From assembly GCA_951406725.2 (NCBI GenBank), contig OX597819.1, forward strand, positions 35,960,001 to 36,024,000: a DNA stretch of 64,000 bases, read 5' to 3'. This document shows positions 52,396-64,000 of the stretch, piece by piece. The position numbers and the translations under genes are program-made. The notes beneath the pieces are model-generated. The model was not told where the DNA came from, did no database searches, and saw nothing but the letters and a program-made list of their open reading frames with translations. This stretch comes from Octopus vulgaris (Eukaryota). The first letter of the stretch is position 1. Each line of letters begins with the position of its first letter.

Positions 52396-52880
52396 ATAAA
52401 GTCGGGAGGTATGAGATGATTATATTTATTTCACCTGTTGATATCCATACGATGATGGTCATTTTGCAGTCAACATCATATGAAAATAATTTACTTTAGT
52501 GCATAATAAATTATTTTGTATGTATGCTATAAATTGCATAATACAATTGAACATATTACAAACGAATGTAGATACAGAAGGCTAGCTCTTCAAATCAACA
52601 AAATATCATAGTTACACCAAGTTTTCAACTCTAGGATACACATACAAAAAGAATCAGCAAATTTTTGATGTAGGGACATTTAAATTTTTAATGTATGGAT
52701 TTCAACTACATAAGACTCTTCATTACACTCCTTCATATTGGTTTACTATGTGGTTTGTAGCCAGGTCCACTAAAGGAGTTGCATCTCAGTAAGTTTTTTA
52801 TTGCAGTTTTGGTGTTAATCAATTCATCAACTTCTTGTGAGTGGAATTGGTTGACAGGCAGCTTCTCAAAAGTCCATGGG

Positions 52881-52921
<41 letters not shown>

Positions 52922-52923
<2 letters not shown>

Positions 52924-53640
52924 GGGTGTCCATAAAGTCTCTTCACAATTTTAAAATTTTATTACAAAGGCAGTTGATAAGGTACCTTAACCAGATTTAT
53001 TTTATTGTAATATTTGTTTATTAAAGTTTTTAATTGTTATTTAATAGACCTCAATATGGGCACCATTAGTTGTGCGAAACACATCAAGATGGTACTCAAT
53101 TTTTTGCCATGTGTGCTGTAGGATAGCCTCATCAATGGTGGCAATGGCATTATGAATCCTTTGCTTCAAGTCAGCAATGTTCCATATCTTTGTTTGATAC
53201 ATGATATCTTTTACGTAACCCCATAAAAAGAAGCCCAAGGGAATGATATCTGGTGAACACGATGGCCATGGAATTGGCCCATCCCTTCCAATCTATCGGT
53301 CTGAAAATGTTTGATTGAGGAACTAACGAACATGCTGTCCCCAATGTAGTGGTGCACCATCTTGCTGGAAAATGATGGTTGGTTGTAAATCAATCAGTTG
53401 TGGTGCCACATATTCGGTGAGAAGGCCGAGGTAAACATCTGCAGTAATTGCTACCTCATTGAAGAAAAGTGGACCAATTATTCAATTGCACATGATTCCA
53501 CACCACACATTCACTTTTGGACTATCCTGTTGAAGCTCCCTAGTCACATGGGAGTGTTCTGATCACCAGATTCTCACATTGTGTCTGTTTAATTTCCCTG
53601 AAACATGAAAAGTCACCTCGTCACAAAAACAAACTCACTT
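52922..53640 (-). mobile_element. Tc1/mariner DD41D (rosa-like) transposon, 3' half
   Basis: TA+CAGGGTGTC terminus; FCDEVTFHVSGKLNRHNVRIW, FQQDGAPLH, then 41 residues to the third catalytic position (mutated to G) before FFLWGYVK. Confidence 0.85.
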
Positions 53641-53715
53641 ATTTATTGTTAGATATAATAATATAAATTATTTGCATAGAATTTCATCAAACTATTTCTC
53701 TGTCATTAAAGACGT

Positions 53716-53717
<2 letters not shown>

Positions 53718-53747
<30 letters not shown>

Positions 53748-53935
53748 TGTATGTATGTATGTATGTATGCATGCATGTATGTATGTATGTATGTATGTAT
53801 GTATACATGTATGTATGTATGCATGCGTGTATGTCTGTATGTACGTATGTATGTATGTATACATGTATGTATGTATGTATGTATGTATGTATGTATGTGT
53901 GCATGTATGTATGTATGTGTGTGTGTATGCATGTG
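53718..53935. repeat. (TATG)n microsatellite
   Basis: Direct reading. Confidence 0.95.
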
Positions 53936-54414
53936 CTTGTATAATCAAATTGATAGATAGATATATAGATACATGAAGTTTATTTAAACTTATCCTCTCA
54001 GAGTTGGTGCCAAGATAATCAATGCCCTATGCCAGGCATGCAAGGTTACTTCTTTTTTTCCAGTTCTACAATATACTCCCCCTTAATCCAGCCCTACAAT
54101 TTGCTCACCCTTCTCTCAATCCCACGATGTACTTCTCTATATCCCAGCCTTTCAATATGCTCCCTTTCTCCGAGTGCCAAAGGAACATCTACTTTCCTAC
54201 AATATACTCCCTTTTCTTGCACTCCTGCAATGTACATCCTTTTAACAATTTTTCTCAAATTCTTCTAGCAATCACCTTCTATACATCAACAAAAACCTGC
54301 AGTTGACAAAATGATAATGAAGCTGAGCAGAAGAATCCATATTATTATTTTCATACATGTCACCGGTTAAATCTGGCAAAATTTTAAATGATACAACACC
54401 AACTCATTTAACTT

Positions 54415-54725
54415 GGAGGCACATGGCCTAGTGGTTAGAGCAGCGGACTCGCGGTCAAGAGATCACGGGTTCGAATCTCAGACCGGGCGATGTGTGTTTT
54501 TATCAGCAAAAACACCTAAGCTCCATGCGGCTCTGGCAGAAGGTAATGGCGAACTTCTGCTGACTCTTTCGCCACAACTTTCTCTCACTCTTTCCTCCTG
54601 TATCTTGCAGCTCACCTGCAATGGACCGGCATTCCATCCAGGTGGGGAACCTATACGCCAATAAACCGGGAAACTGGCCCTTATGAGCCAGGCATGGCTC
54701 AAGAAGGAACAAACAAAAAAACAAC
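54415..54725 (+). mobile_element. tRNA-derived SINE, B1-like head
   Basis: A/B boxes; flanked by direct repeat caactcatttaac (54400-54412 / 54725-54737), a likely TSD. Confidence 0.88.
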
Positions 54726-55297
54726 AACTCATTTAACAAGTTGTAGCACTAGCTGATCCACTCCTATTTCTCAACCCAACACTCAATCCTGTCCTTTAAA
54801 AAATTTGGTTTGAATAGTTCGACTATGTTTGGCTCCACCTCTTTTAGTGTCCACCTGGTTTATCTAAAGTATAGCAGCAGTTCTGGATCTAGTGGCTTCC
54901 TACTCTAGGTTTTCCTAATGTGTAGTTGGTTCCTCAGACATGACAACACTGAACAAAAGATTTTGATACACCTCTCTGACAGCAGCGGAAGAAAAATTAG
55001 AACATGTTTGTGAGTTAGGTTTGCGGAAACACACACACATGGACTCATACGCACACACACACACACACACACGCACATGGATTCAGACACACATACATAT
55101 GCATATGCATAAGTATGTATGTGAATACAAGTGTGTGTTAGTGTCTGCACTTAAAAAACCTCTCTTTGCTTCTACTGACCTGGCCAAAAGCCAGGTTGTA
55201 ATCTAAGCTAATACTGCATATTCAACCGAACATATCTGCCTTATGTATGCATACATGTATATGTATATATATGTGTGTGTGCATGTGTGTGTGTATG

Positions 55298-55331
<34 letters not shown>

Positions 55332-55380
55332 GATATATATATATAAATGTATGTATATATATATGTGTGTGTGTGTATAC

Positions 55381-55792
55381 TTTTTTACTCTTTTACTTGT
55401 TTCAGTCATTTGACTGCAGCCATGCTGGAGCACCGCCTTTAGTCGAGCAAATTAACCCCAGGACTTATTCTTTGTAACCTAGTACTTATTCTATTGGTCT
55501 CTTTTACTGAACCACTAAGTTACGGGGACGTAAACACACCAGCATTGGTTGTCAAGCGATGTTGGGGAGGGACAAGCACAGACACACAAACACACACACA
55601 CACACATATATACATATACATATATGCGACGGACTTCTTTCAGTTTCTGTCTACCAAATCCACTCACAAGGCTTTGATCAGCCTGAGGCTATATAGTTGA
55701 TGACAGTTGCCCAAGGTGCCATGCAGTGAGACTGAACCCGAAACCATGTGGTTGGTAAGCAAGCTATTTACCACACAGCCACTCCTATGCCT
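55381..55792 (-). mobile_element. SINE family A
   Basis: Reverse match. Confidence 0.88.
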
Positions 55793-56247
55793 ATGTACGT
55801 ATATATGTGCATATGTATGTAATATATTCATGTGTGCATCTATTTACATATATGTATATATATATATGCTATGGGGAAGGCATTTGTTTCAGCAGAAAGA
55901 TACTCTAACATAAAATGTGTAGTCAAAATAGTGGCAGTCAATTTGCAGTGCTTGTCATTGGAACCTACTATAGTGACCAAGAGCCTGGCAAAAGTGTTGT
56001 ACAAGCTTTTGTTACTTAAATCCAATGACATACAGATGTCCCACTAACATTTCATTTCTTGATCCGTTTTGTATTTTATTGAGTCCTATTGCAGTGGATA
56101 AATGACAATGTGTGAAGTCATATCAAATATGGCATTACATGCAAATAAAAAAATAAATCAGAATAAACAGGTTGAATGTGAGACAGCTATCATCTGACAA
56201 GATGAGGTAATCATCATGCATATATTTGCATGTGGATGTACAAATAC

Positions 56248-57549
56248 AGTCATCATCATGGCTTGGCTTCTTGAACGAAGATCAGGAAGGCTGTCCACAT
56301 TGTGTGCATGCATGCTCATGACTGACAAGTCCAATATGGGAAAGGCAGGTCCGTGAGCAGTGTCCACGGATGAAGGTAACATCCGGTGTGGTGTCAGAGG
56401 CGTGTCTCTTGTCTTTAAGCACGTCTCTTCTTTATTCCTCAAACTTGCTGACTGTGTTGAAGATCGTGTGGCACCAGACATCACAGTCCGCAGCCAGGTC
56501 TGGCCAGCATTGGTGGTTAATATGACATGCTGTTAGAGACTTCTTGAGGCAGTCTTTGTAGCACTTCCTCAGAGCTCCTCTCACACGGTGGCCGGTGGAG
56601 AGTTCACCAAACCGGGCAATCTTAGGAAGGCGATGGTTCTCCATTCTGGAGACATGCCCTGCCCATCGGAGGTGGTACTTTAGTAGCATGGCTTCAATGC
56701 TGGGGATCTCGGCCCGCTCCAAGACGTCAATTTTTGTGACAAAGTTACTCCAGTGAATGTTGAGGATGGTGCGGAGACATTGCTGGTGGAAGTGCTCGAG
56801 GAGACGGATGTGACTGCGGTAAGTGATCCAGGTCTCTGAGCCATAGAGAAGAGTGGTGAGAACCACGGCCCTCTAGGTCTGACTTTTCACCCATGTTCTT
56901 GTACAGGGTTATGATGACGGCGTCGCAAAGATCCTGTGGCAGCTTGCTCTGCTCCCAGCAGCAGACAAGAAGATCATGGAGCTTGTTATGGAGCATCGGA
57001 CTTCCATTCTTCCAGATTTCTAGTGGGATGCCGTCAAGTCCTGCTTCTTTGCAACTCAATCGTTTCTTCGAGGGTAGGTGGTTCGTTGAGCATCCTGTAT
57101 GGTACGGTTAGCACTGAAGAGGCTTTGGAAGTGCTTGGACCAGCGAGCGAGGATGGAAGTGTTATCAGTGAGGAGGTTCTGTCCATCTGAACTGTGCAGG
57201 GGACTCTGGACCAGGTGGGTGGGGCATACACTGCTTTCAGAGCCTCATAGAAGCCTCTATAGTCTCCGAGGTCAGCGCACAGCTGGGTTCTCCACGCCAG
57301 GTGCTCCTACCACTCTTTCTGCATTTCTCTGAATTTTCACTGTAGGGTGCTGCATGTGCATCGAAAGGTAGATTTCTTTACAGGACAAGCTGGTTGTGCG
57401 AGGTGGGCCTGAGGAGCTGCCCTCTTCTTTGCTAGTAATTTCTGGATCTCCTTGTCATTTTCATCGAACCAGTCCTTGTTTTTCTTCTTTGTGTGCCCGA
57501 GAACTTCCATAGATGTCTTAAGGATGGCTGATTTCAGGTTCTCCCACAA
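56248..57549 (-). mobile_element. RTE (BovB-like) LINE with internal deletion
   Basis: KKKNKDWFDEND, AGLDGIPLEIWK, DAVIITLYK joined to VVLTTLLYGSETW..LRWAGHVSRM..RLPK; (GAT)n tail. Confidence 0.92.
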
Positions 57550-58265
57550 GTGTTTGGTGTGAATTACTGGCTTCAGTTCGTTGGCCAGCAAAGCATTGTA
57601 TCTTGCACTGTTGATCATACATCCCTTTTCCAGGTAGTCTTCCAGTAGAAGCCCTTTTGAGTCCCAAAAAATGGTTAGCATCACTTTTTCTGCAGAATAG
57701 TGAGTCTTGAATTTCTTCATCACTGGCAAGCCAGGATGTTTCCTCTCCATTCTCTGTCTTGCACAGATTTTATGGAAGTCAAGCTCATTGTGGATGATTT
57801 GATATACTGAACCATGACTAATCTCCAGAGAATGAGCCACCACATTGATCATAACTCACCGGTTCACCATCACCATCTCTTGAGCTTGCAGAATCTTGTT
57901 AGCGGTGGAGGTTGATGGGCGTCCTGCTCCCTCTTCGTGTGTCACATTTGTTCAGCGACTTTTAAACTTCTCAGTCCCCTCATAGTCACTTCTACATGGT
58001 AGTGCATAGTCCCCATATTATGTTAAAAGACTCTGATGAATTTCAGCACCCGACATGCCTTCCGATCAGAGAAATCGGATCACTACTCTTTGTTCTTCTT
58101 TGGTGCACATTGTTAGTGGTAAAACCAGAAAGAAAAATGGTGTGATCAGACTCAAACTTTGATCACATGACCGCAATAGCGCAAAAAGCACACTTGAGCG
58201 AAAGGCAGTGTGACAATAATAAAGATGTTATGGCGAAAGTGTGAATAATTTTTGACTTCCCCTCA
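57549..58265 (-). mobile_element. mariner 5' half
   Basis: ISHGSVYQIIHNELDFHKICAR, KVMLTIFWDSKG, EIHQSLLT*YGDYAL; terminus followed by (TA)n. Confidence 0.88.
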
Positions 58266-58749
58266 TATATACATGCAGAGAGAATGAGAGAATATTAATA
58301 TATATAAATAGACAAATATAATCTTTAATGCCTAAGACTACACTACAATGGCATATATGGGCAATTTAAGTTGGATTGTCTCTCGACCATAGGCTGAAAT
58401 AGCTGTAAGGAGCAGTTTATTTGTATTGTTTTTATTTTATTATTAATTTGCATATTGATGTATATTGTGTTGTTCGATTTTCATGTTCCTATTTGTATAA
58501 TTAATAAATAATATGAAATTGTAATATCTGCAAGTTGATGATTGAAATGAATTTGTTCCTCCATTTTCTTATTTGTATTATGAATTTACGGTAAAATATT
58601 TTTTACCTTCACTCATTCAATACAATAACTGCATTGCAATTATAAGCATTTATGTATTTAGTATTTGGGTACTTTACCAGCAGTAAATTGGATAAATGAT
58701 ATCCCATAGTGGGTTACCTTCATAACCCCTGTCTTACTTTGTACTATAT

Positions 58750-58965
58750 ACTCTCTCTTTACTCTTTTACTTGTTTCAGTCATTTGACTGCGGCCATGCT
58801 GGAGCACCGCCTTTAGTCGAGCAAATCGACCCCGGGACTTATTCTTTGTAAGCCCAGTACTTACTCTATCGGTCTCTTTTGCCGAACCGCTAAGTGACGG
58901 GGACGTAAACACACCAGCATCGGTTGTCAAGCAATGCTAGAGGGGGGACAAACACAGACACACAA

Positions 58966-58996
<31 letters not shown>

Positions 58997-59160
58997 CGAC
59001 AGGCTTCTTTCAGTTTCTGTCTACCAAATCCACTCACAAGGCATTGGTCGGTCCGGGGCTATAGTAGAAGACACTTGCCCAAGATGCCACGCAGTGGGAC
59101 TGAACCCGCAATCATCTGGTTGGTTAGCAAGCTACTTACCACACAGCCACTCCTGCGCCT
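58750..59160 (-). mobile_element. SINE family A, young subfamily
   Basis: Near-identical to 10692-11120. Confidence 0.9.
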
Positions 59161-59348
59161 ATATATGTATATACATAATATATATATTCTATATATATTT
59201 TATTGGATGAATGTACATTAGTCCTTTAACTGGAATTTTTTCCTAAGATTTCTAATGTCTTTTCTTCATACTTTACTTTTGAATTTTTTTAATAATAATG
59301 CATATAGGCATGAAAGCTTGTATTGAAATACTCAGTATATGGCTTAAC

Positions 59349-59674
59349 TTATTAAACAATATTCAACAAATTCATTCATATTCATGTAATGATGGAGATT
59401 GGATGTTAAAATTGATTATAGTGTTTATTTTTAATATTGCTATACAATTGTTACATACAAATGGACTCAGATATTCATAAATAGAACATTATAATAGTCA
59501 TACTTGTAGTCCTCAGCAGTTAACAGAAAAACAAACGTCTTATTAACTACTTAGGAGTTTGTGTGAAACAATTGTATAGCAATATGAAAAATAAAAACCA
59601 TAATCCAGTTTAACATCCAATCTTCTTCATTACATAAATATGAATGAATTTGTTGAACTTTAATATTTAATAAG
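59349..59674. repeat. Imperfect inverted repeat, ~115-bp arms
   Basis: 59349-59461 versus reverse complement of 59558-59674. Confidence 0.8.
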
Positions 59675-60080
59675 CGCAGCTGCAGGAGTGGCTGTATGGT
59701 AAGTAGCTTGCTTACCAACCACATGGTCCCGGGTTCAGTCCCACAGCGTGGCATCATGGACAAGTGTCTTCTACTATAGTCTCAGGCCGACCAAAGCTCT
59801 GTGAGTGGATTTGATAGACGGAAACTGAAAGAAGCCTGTTGTATATGTGTATACGCATATATATATATGTGCGTGTTTGTGTGTCTGTGTTTGTTCCCCC
59901 AACATCACTTGACAACCGATGCTGGTGTGTTTACGTCCCCGTAACTTAGTGGTTCAGCAAAAGAGACCGAAAGAATAAGTACTAGGCTTACAAAGAATAA
60001 GTCCTGGGGTTGATGTGCTCGACTGAAAGGTGGTGCTCCAGCATGGCCACAGTCAAATGACTGAAACAAGTAAAAGAGTA
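59674..60080 (+). mobile_element. SINE family A, full length
   Basis: Matches other copies. Confidence 0.9.
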
Positions 60081-60117
60081 AGTTAAGTGATATACTGATT
60101 ATGTATATGTACATATA

Positions 60118-60160
<43 letters not shown>

Positions 60161-60325
60161 ATATTTTGTGGTAGCATAAATGTATATATTGTATGTATAT
60201 GTAACACATGGTATAATTATAAACAGGGCAAATTTTAGCCATTTCTCCACAGACTGAAAAAACGATGAACCTTATTGGGTTCTCATCAGAGGCGTTCACA
60301 TCACTCTAACAGTCTCCAGAGAAAC

Positions 60326-60417
60326 AAGCAGCTAGACTGTATATATACTCAACAAATGTTCTTATATATATATATATACAAGAACATTTGTTGAATATAT
60401 AAACAGTCTAGCTGCTT
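60326..60417. repeat. Fold-back, ~38-bp arms around a (TA)n loop
   Basis: aagcagctagactgtatatatactcaacaaatgttctt ... aagaacatttgttgaatatataaacagtctagctgctt. Confidence 0.85.
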
Positions 60418-60464
60418 TCATTTATATCAGAAGTATAACTTAGTGATTTTTTTATTTATATTTA

Positions 60465-61010
60465 CGCGCTCTTTTCAAGCCTAACCAGGCTCATGGGCCC
60501 AGTTTCCCGGTTTCTGTGGCATATGTGTTCCCCCCAGCTGGATGGGACGCCAGTCCTTCGCAGCATTACTGAAGAAACAGGAAGAGAGAGTGAGAGAAAG
60601 TTGGGGTGAAAGAGTACAACAGGGGTCGCCAGCACCCCCTGCAGGAGCCTCGTGGAGCTTTTTAGGTGTTTTCACTCTATAAACACACACAACACCTGGT
60701 CTGGGAATTGAAATTGCGATCCTCCGACCGCTGCCCTAACCACTGGGCCACTGCACCTCCACTGTGCCCTTTTAAAGCCTAGCCAGGCTCATGGGCCCAG
60801 TTTCTTGGTTTCAACGGTGTATGTGTTCCCTAGCTGGATGGGCGCCAATCCAGTGCAGCGTTACTTATTTTTGCCAGCTGAGCGGACTGGAGCACCGAGA
60901 GATGAAGTGTTTTGCTCAAGAACAAAACGCATTACCCAGTCCAGGAATCAAAACCACAATCTTGCGATCATGATGCTGACACCCTAACCACTAAGCCACG
61001 CGCCTCTACA
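60465..61010 (-). mobile_element. Two tandem SINEs (B1 head 60465-60760; B2 head 60765-61010) sharing the same 3' tail
   Basis: Both end in ..gggcccatgagcctgg(t/c)taggctt..aaaag. Confidence 0.85.
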
Positions 61011-61309
61011 ACTTAATGATTCACTGAAATGAAATTGATCAAATAAAAACCAGACTTGGGTGTATGTGACTGACTAAACTCTTTTGAAACGTGGTGTCCA
61101 GCATGGCTGTAGTCCAATGACTACAGTAAGAGAATGGATAAATAAATGAATGATTAACATTCCAAAGACAATCAGGAAATTGTTATGTGAGGGAAATCTC
61201 AAGTGTATTTTGTGATGTAAATAGAGAAGCGTTGTAAAATCCTAGTGTTTGTTAATGAAAGTAGAAACAGACTAAAATTGATGGATTACTTAGCTTAAAT
61301 TCGTTCAAT

Positions 61310-61342
<33 letters not shown>

Positions 61343-61522
61343 AAGACAACAAACGAACAGGTATTAATCTAGAAATGTATCAATTCATTGAGAGGTAATT
61401 CCAAGGACACACCCAAAACATAATTGGATATGCTACTGCTGCTGTTGATGATGGTGGTGGTGGTGGTGGTGGCAATGATGATGATGGTGATGGTGGTGGT
61501 GACAATGACTGTGGTGATGACA

Positions 61523-61555
<33 letters not shown>

Positions 61556-61786
61556 GCAGTGGTGGTGGCAGTGATGATGTGGTGGTGATGATGATGATGA
61601 TGATGATAAGCACAGTACTAATTTATTACAAAATTATTAATTATTACCTTCTTACAATAGCACAAGGCCACTACTTTTTTTTTGGTGGGGGGGATAATTA
61701 ATTATATCAACTCTCAACAATTTACTGGTACTTTATCTTATTGACTCCAGAAGGATGAAAGGCAAAAAAATTGACCTCATGAGTGT

Positions 61787-61831
<45 letters not shown>

Positions 61832-61832
<1 letters not shown>

Positions 61833-62135
61833 TGACACGTGGCCTAGTGATTAGAGTGTTGCACTCACAATCACAAAATCATGGGTTTGACTCCCAGGCC
61901 AGCAGTACATTGTGCTCCTAAGCAAAACACACCATTTTATGTTGCTCCAGTCCACTTAGATATAAAGGAATAACCCTGTGACAGACTGATGTAGCATTCA
62001 GTAGGGAATGTCAGCTTGCCTGCTTAGTTGGTGAAGTGGCATCATTTGAAAGCTATGACAATGCAAGGAACGATGAAGTGCATTGTGACTAGTGATGTAT
62101 AACAACATCTAATAGTCTGGTTGATACATTGATAC
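61832..62135 (+). mobile_element. CORE-like SINE, head B2 with the tail of the 1150 type
   Basis: Head as 21408; tail aligns with 1345-1445. Confidence 0.7.
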
Positions 62136-62205
62136 AATTATATATATAGATACAATAGGGTATATATATATATATATATGTTTTCAAATCCAAACCAGGG
62201 AGTTC

Positions 62206-62258
62206 TGAGCTGATGATAGAAGTGTCGATTTTGACTAATCTTGAAACGTACGTTCTCA
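62206..62258 (+). ncRNA. Type I hammerhead ribozyme motif, copy 1
   Basis: UGAG-CUGAUGA-(imperfect stem II)-GAAA-CGUACG-UU-CUCA. Confidence 0.65.
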
Positions 62259-62762
62259 AATAACCTTTGCATTTGATTTTTTAATGTCTCTACCCTCATA
62301 CTTTTGTGAGTTGAATTGAGCAAACACTATATGAGAGAGATTTTCTTTAAGTATTGGAGATAGTTTTAAAAAGTTTTTTTAGCTGCTATTTCTAATGAGT
62401 TCAGTATGCGGCAAAGTAATTTATTTTACTAAGCCCTTTTATATAATGTAATAATTTGAATTCGCCTTAAATGGTCCCTTTGTATACTGAATACTTGGTG
62501 AAATTGATTAATTAATTAATTTTACCCTCAATTGTTGAAATTATAATTCATCTCTCTCTATATAATGCCTCGGATTTTACCGAAAAAAGCATAGTGTTTG
62601 CTGATTTTAACCCACGCTGGTGGAAAGGGGAGAGCAGAAATTCTTCGTTTGCATATTTGAATTTGCTAGCACTGTTAGTTTTGAGCAGATCTTCAGAAGC
62701 GATAACAGGCCGAAAGGGTATGCTCCCACTTTCAGTGTTTTCAAATCCAAACCAGGGAGTTC

Positions 62763-62815
62763 TGAGCTGATGATAGAAGTGTCGATTTTGACTAATCTTG
62801 AAACGTACGTTCTCA
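62763..62815 (+). ncRNA. Type I hammerhead ribozyme motif, copy 2
   Basis: Identical to copy 1. Confidence 0.65.
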
Positions 62816-63095
62816 AATAACCTTTGCATTTGATTTTTTAATGTCTCTACCCTCATACTTTCGTGAGTTGAATTGAGCAAACACTATATGAGAGAGATTT
62901 TCTTTAAGTATTGGAGATAGTTTTAAAAAAGTTTTTTTAACTGCTATTTCTAATGAGTTCAGTATGCGGCAAAGTAATTTATTTTACTAAGCCCTTTTAT
63001 ATAATGTAATAATTTGAATTCGCCTTAAATGGTCCCTTTGTATACTGAATACTTGGTGAAATTGATTAATTAATTAATTTTACCCTCAATTGTTG

Positions 63096-63149
<54 letters not shown>

Positions 63150-63235
63150 AGGGTATATATATATATCATTGCATCACTGTATCAACTGGACTATTAGACA
63201 TAATAATACATCTTTATTTTATATATATATATATA

Positions 63236-63450
63236 TTGGGTCATCCCATAAATAAGGCAGCTTTTTTATATTTTATTTTATTTTTCAAAATTAAGATAAA
63301 CAAAGCTCATTTTTAATCTAAAATATACTCTCCTTCATTTTCTACAATGCTCTTCCATCTATGTGGTAGACTTGCAAGACCCCTCTTCCAAAATTCACTT
63401 GTCCATGATGAAAAATACTCCTCCAGTAATGTTCTGACCTTGTCTACATA
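63236..63450 (-). mobile_element. mariner 3' end fragment
   Basis: TA-TTGGGTC terminus; EYFSSWTSEFWKRGLASLPHRWKSIVENEGEYIL. Confidence 0.8.
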
Positions 63451-63509
63451 ATTTATATTTTTTCCATCCAAATGATTTTAAAGACTGCCAAATAAATGAT
63501 AATCAGATG

Positions 63510-63945
63510 GGGCAATGCCTGGTGAATATGGTGAGTGGGGCTCTTTCTTCTCCTGTGTTTTTCCTCCTCATTCTGTTGTCTGTTCTGTTTGCAGGAACTG
63601 GCTCCATTGCAGATAGCAGTTCTCCAGAATCTCCTATCCATGGCAATCTGTTCCCACGAGGATGGTTGAATGTTAGCTTCAGCCAAGGTCCATTTGAGCT
63701 GGTCTTTAAAAGGGAATTTCAGACCTCCTCTGGGTCTTGTTCCGATTGCAAGTTCTCTGTAGAGCACGATCCTTGGGAGACAAGAGGGGTCCATGCGTTG
63801 AACATGACCTGCCCAGTGGAGACGATGGCAAGGAATGGTGGTTTTGACACTTGGTAGTGAGGCACGGCGAAGAACCTCGTTGTTGGTACCTTGATTTTCC
63901 CATTGTATGTTGAGTAAAAAGTAAGCAACGTTTTGAACCATGAAG
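63510..63945 (-). mobile_element. RTE LINE 3' fragment
   Basis: NNEVLRRASLPS..RLHWAGHVQRM..LPRIVLYREL..RPRGG..FKDQLK. Confidence 0.88.
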
Positions 63946-64000
63946 AATTTGTACCAAATTTTTGCAGAGTTTTGAATTTTTAAAAACTTTTTCTTTGCAA

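Larger units (their letters stand above)
62180..63103 (+). mobile_element. Non-coding Penelope-like or retrozyme-like element: two ~366-bp direct repeats plus 191-bp spacer
   Basis: 62180-62545 and 62737-63103 differ at ~3 positions; flanked on both sides by tacaataggg(TA)n. Confidence 0.75.

Overview
Eukaryotic, AT-rich, repeat-saturated DNA, probably intronic or intergenic. The SINE families and microsatellite load look like a coleoid cephalopod, most likely Octopus; this is recognition by eye, not a database result. No intact host gene is evident, only two weak candidate exons. The window is a mosaic of tRNA-derived SINEs, RTE-tailed SINEs and LINE remnants (CR1-like, RTE, R4/Dong-like with restriction-like endonuclease). 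It also holds a Gypsy LTR remnant, Tc1/mariner, DD41D and piggyBac fossils, several MITEs, a tandem tRNA-Cys pseudogene pair and many fold-backs. Highlight 1: at least five unrelated type I hammerhead-ribozyme motifs sit in Penelope-like or retrozyme-like fragments embedded in (TA)n. Two have greatly enlarged stem II loops (36.4-36.9 kb), and a young non-coding tandem element carries two hammerheads between flanking direct repeats (62.2-63.2 kb). Highlight 2: a CR1-like LINE has an ORF1 with a PHD-like finger and a 14-unit poly-Gln repeat. ORF1 ends in a G_GGA_AAC -1 slippery site, and ORF2 has lost its whole RT domain. Highlight 3: a ~150-bp piece of ATP synthase beta coding sequence is captured inside a SINE.
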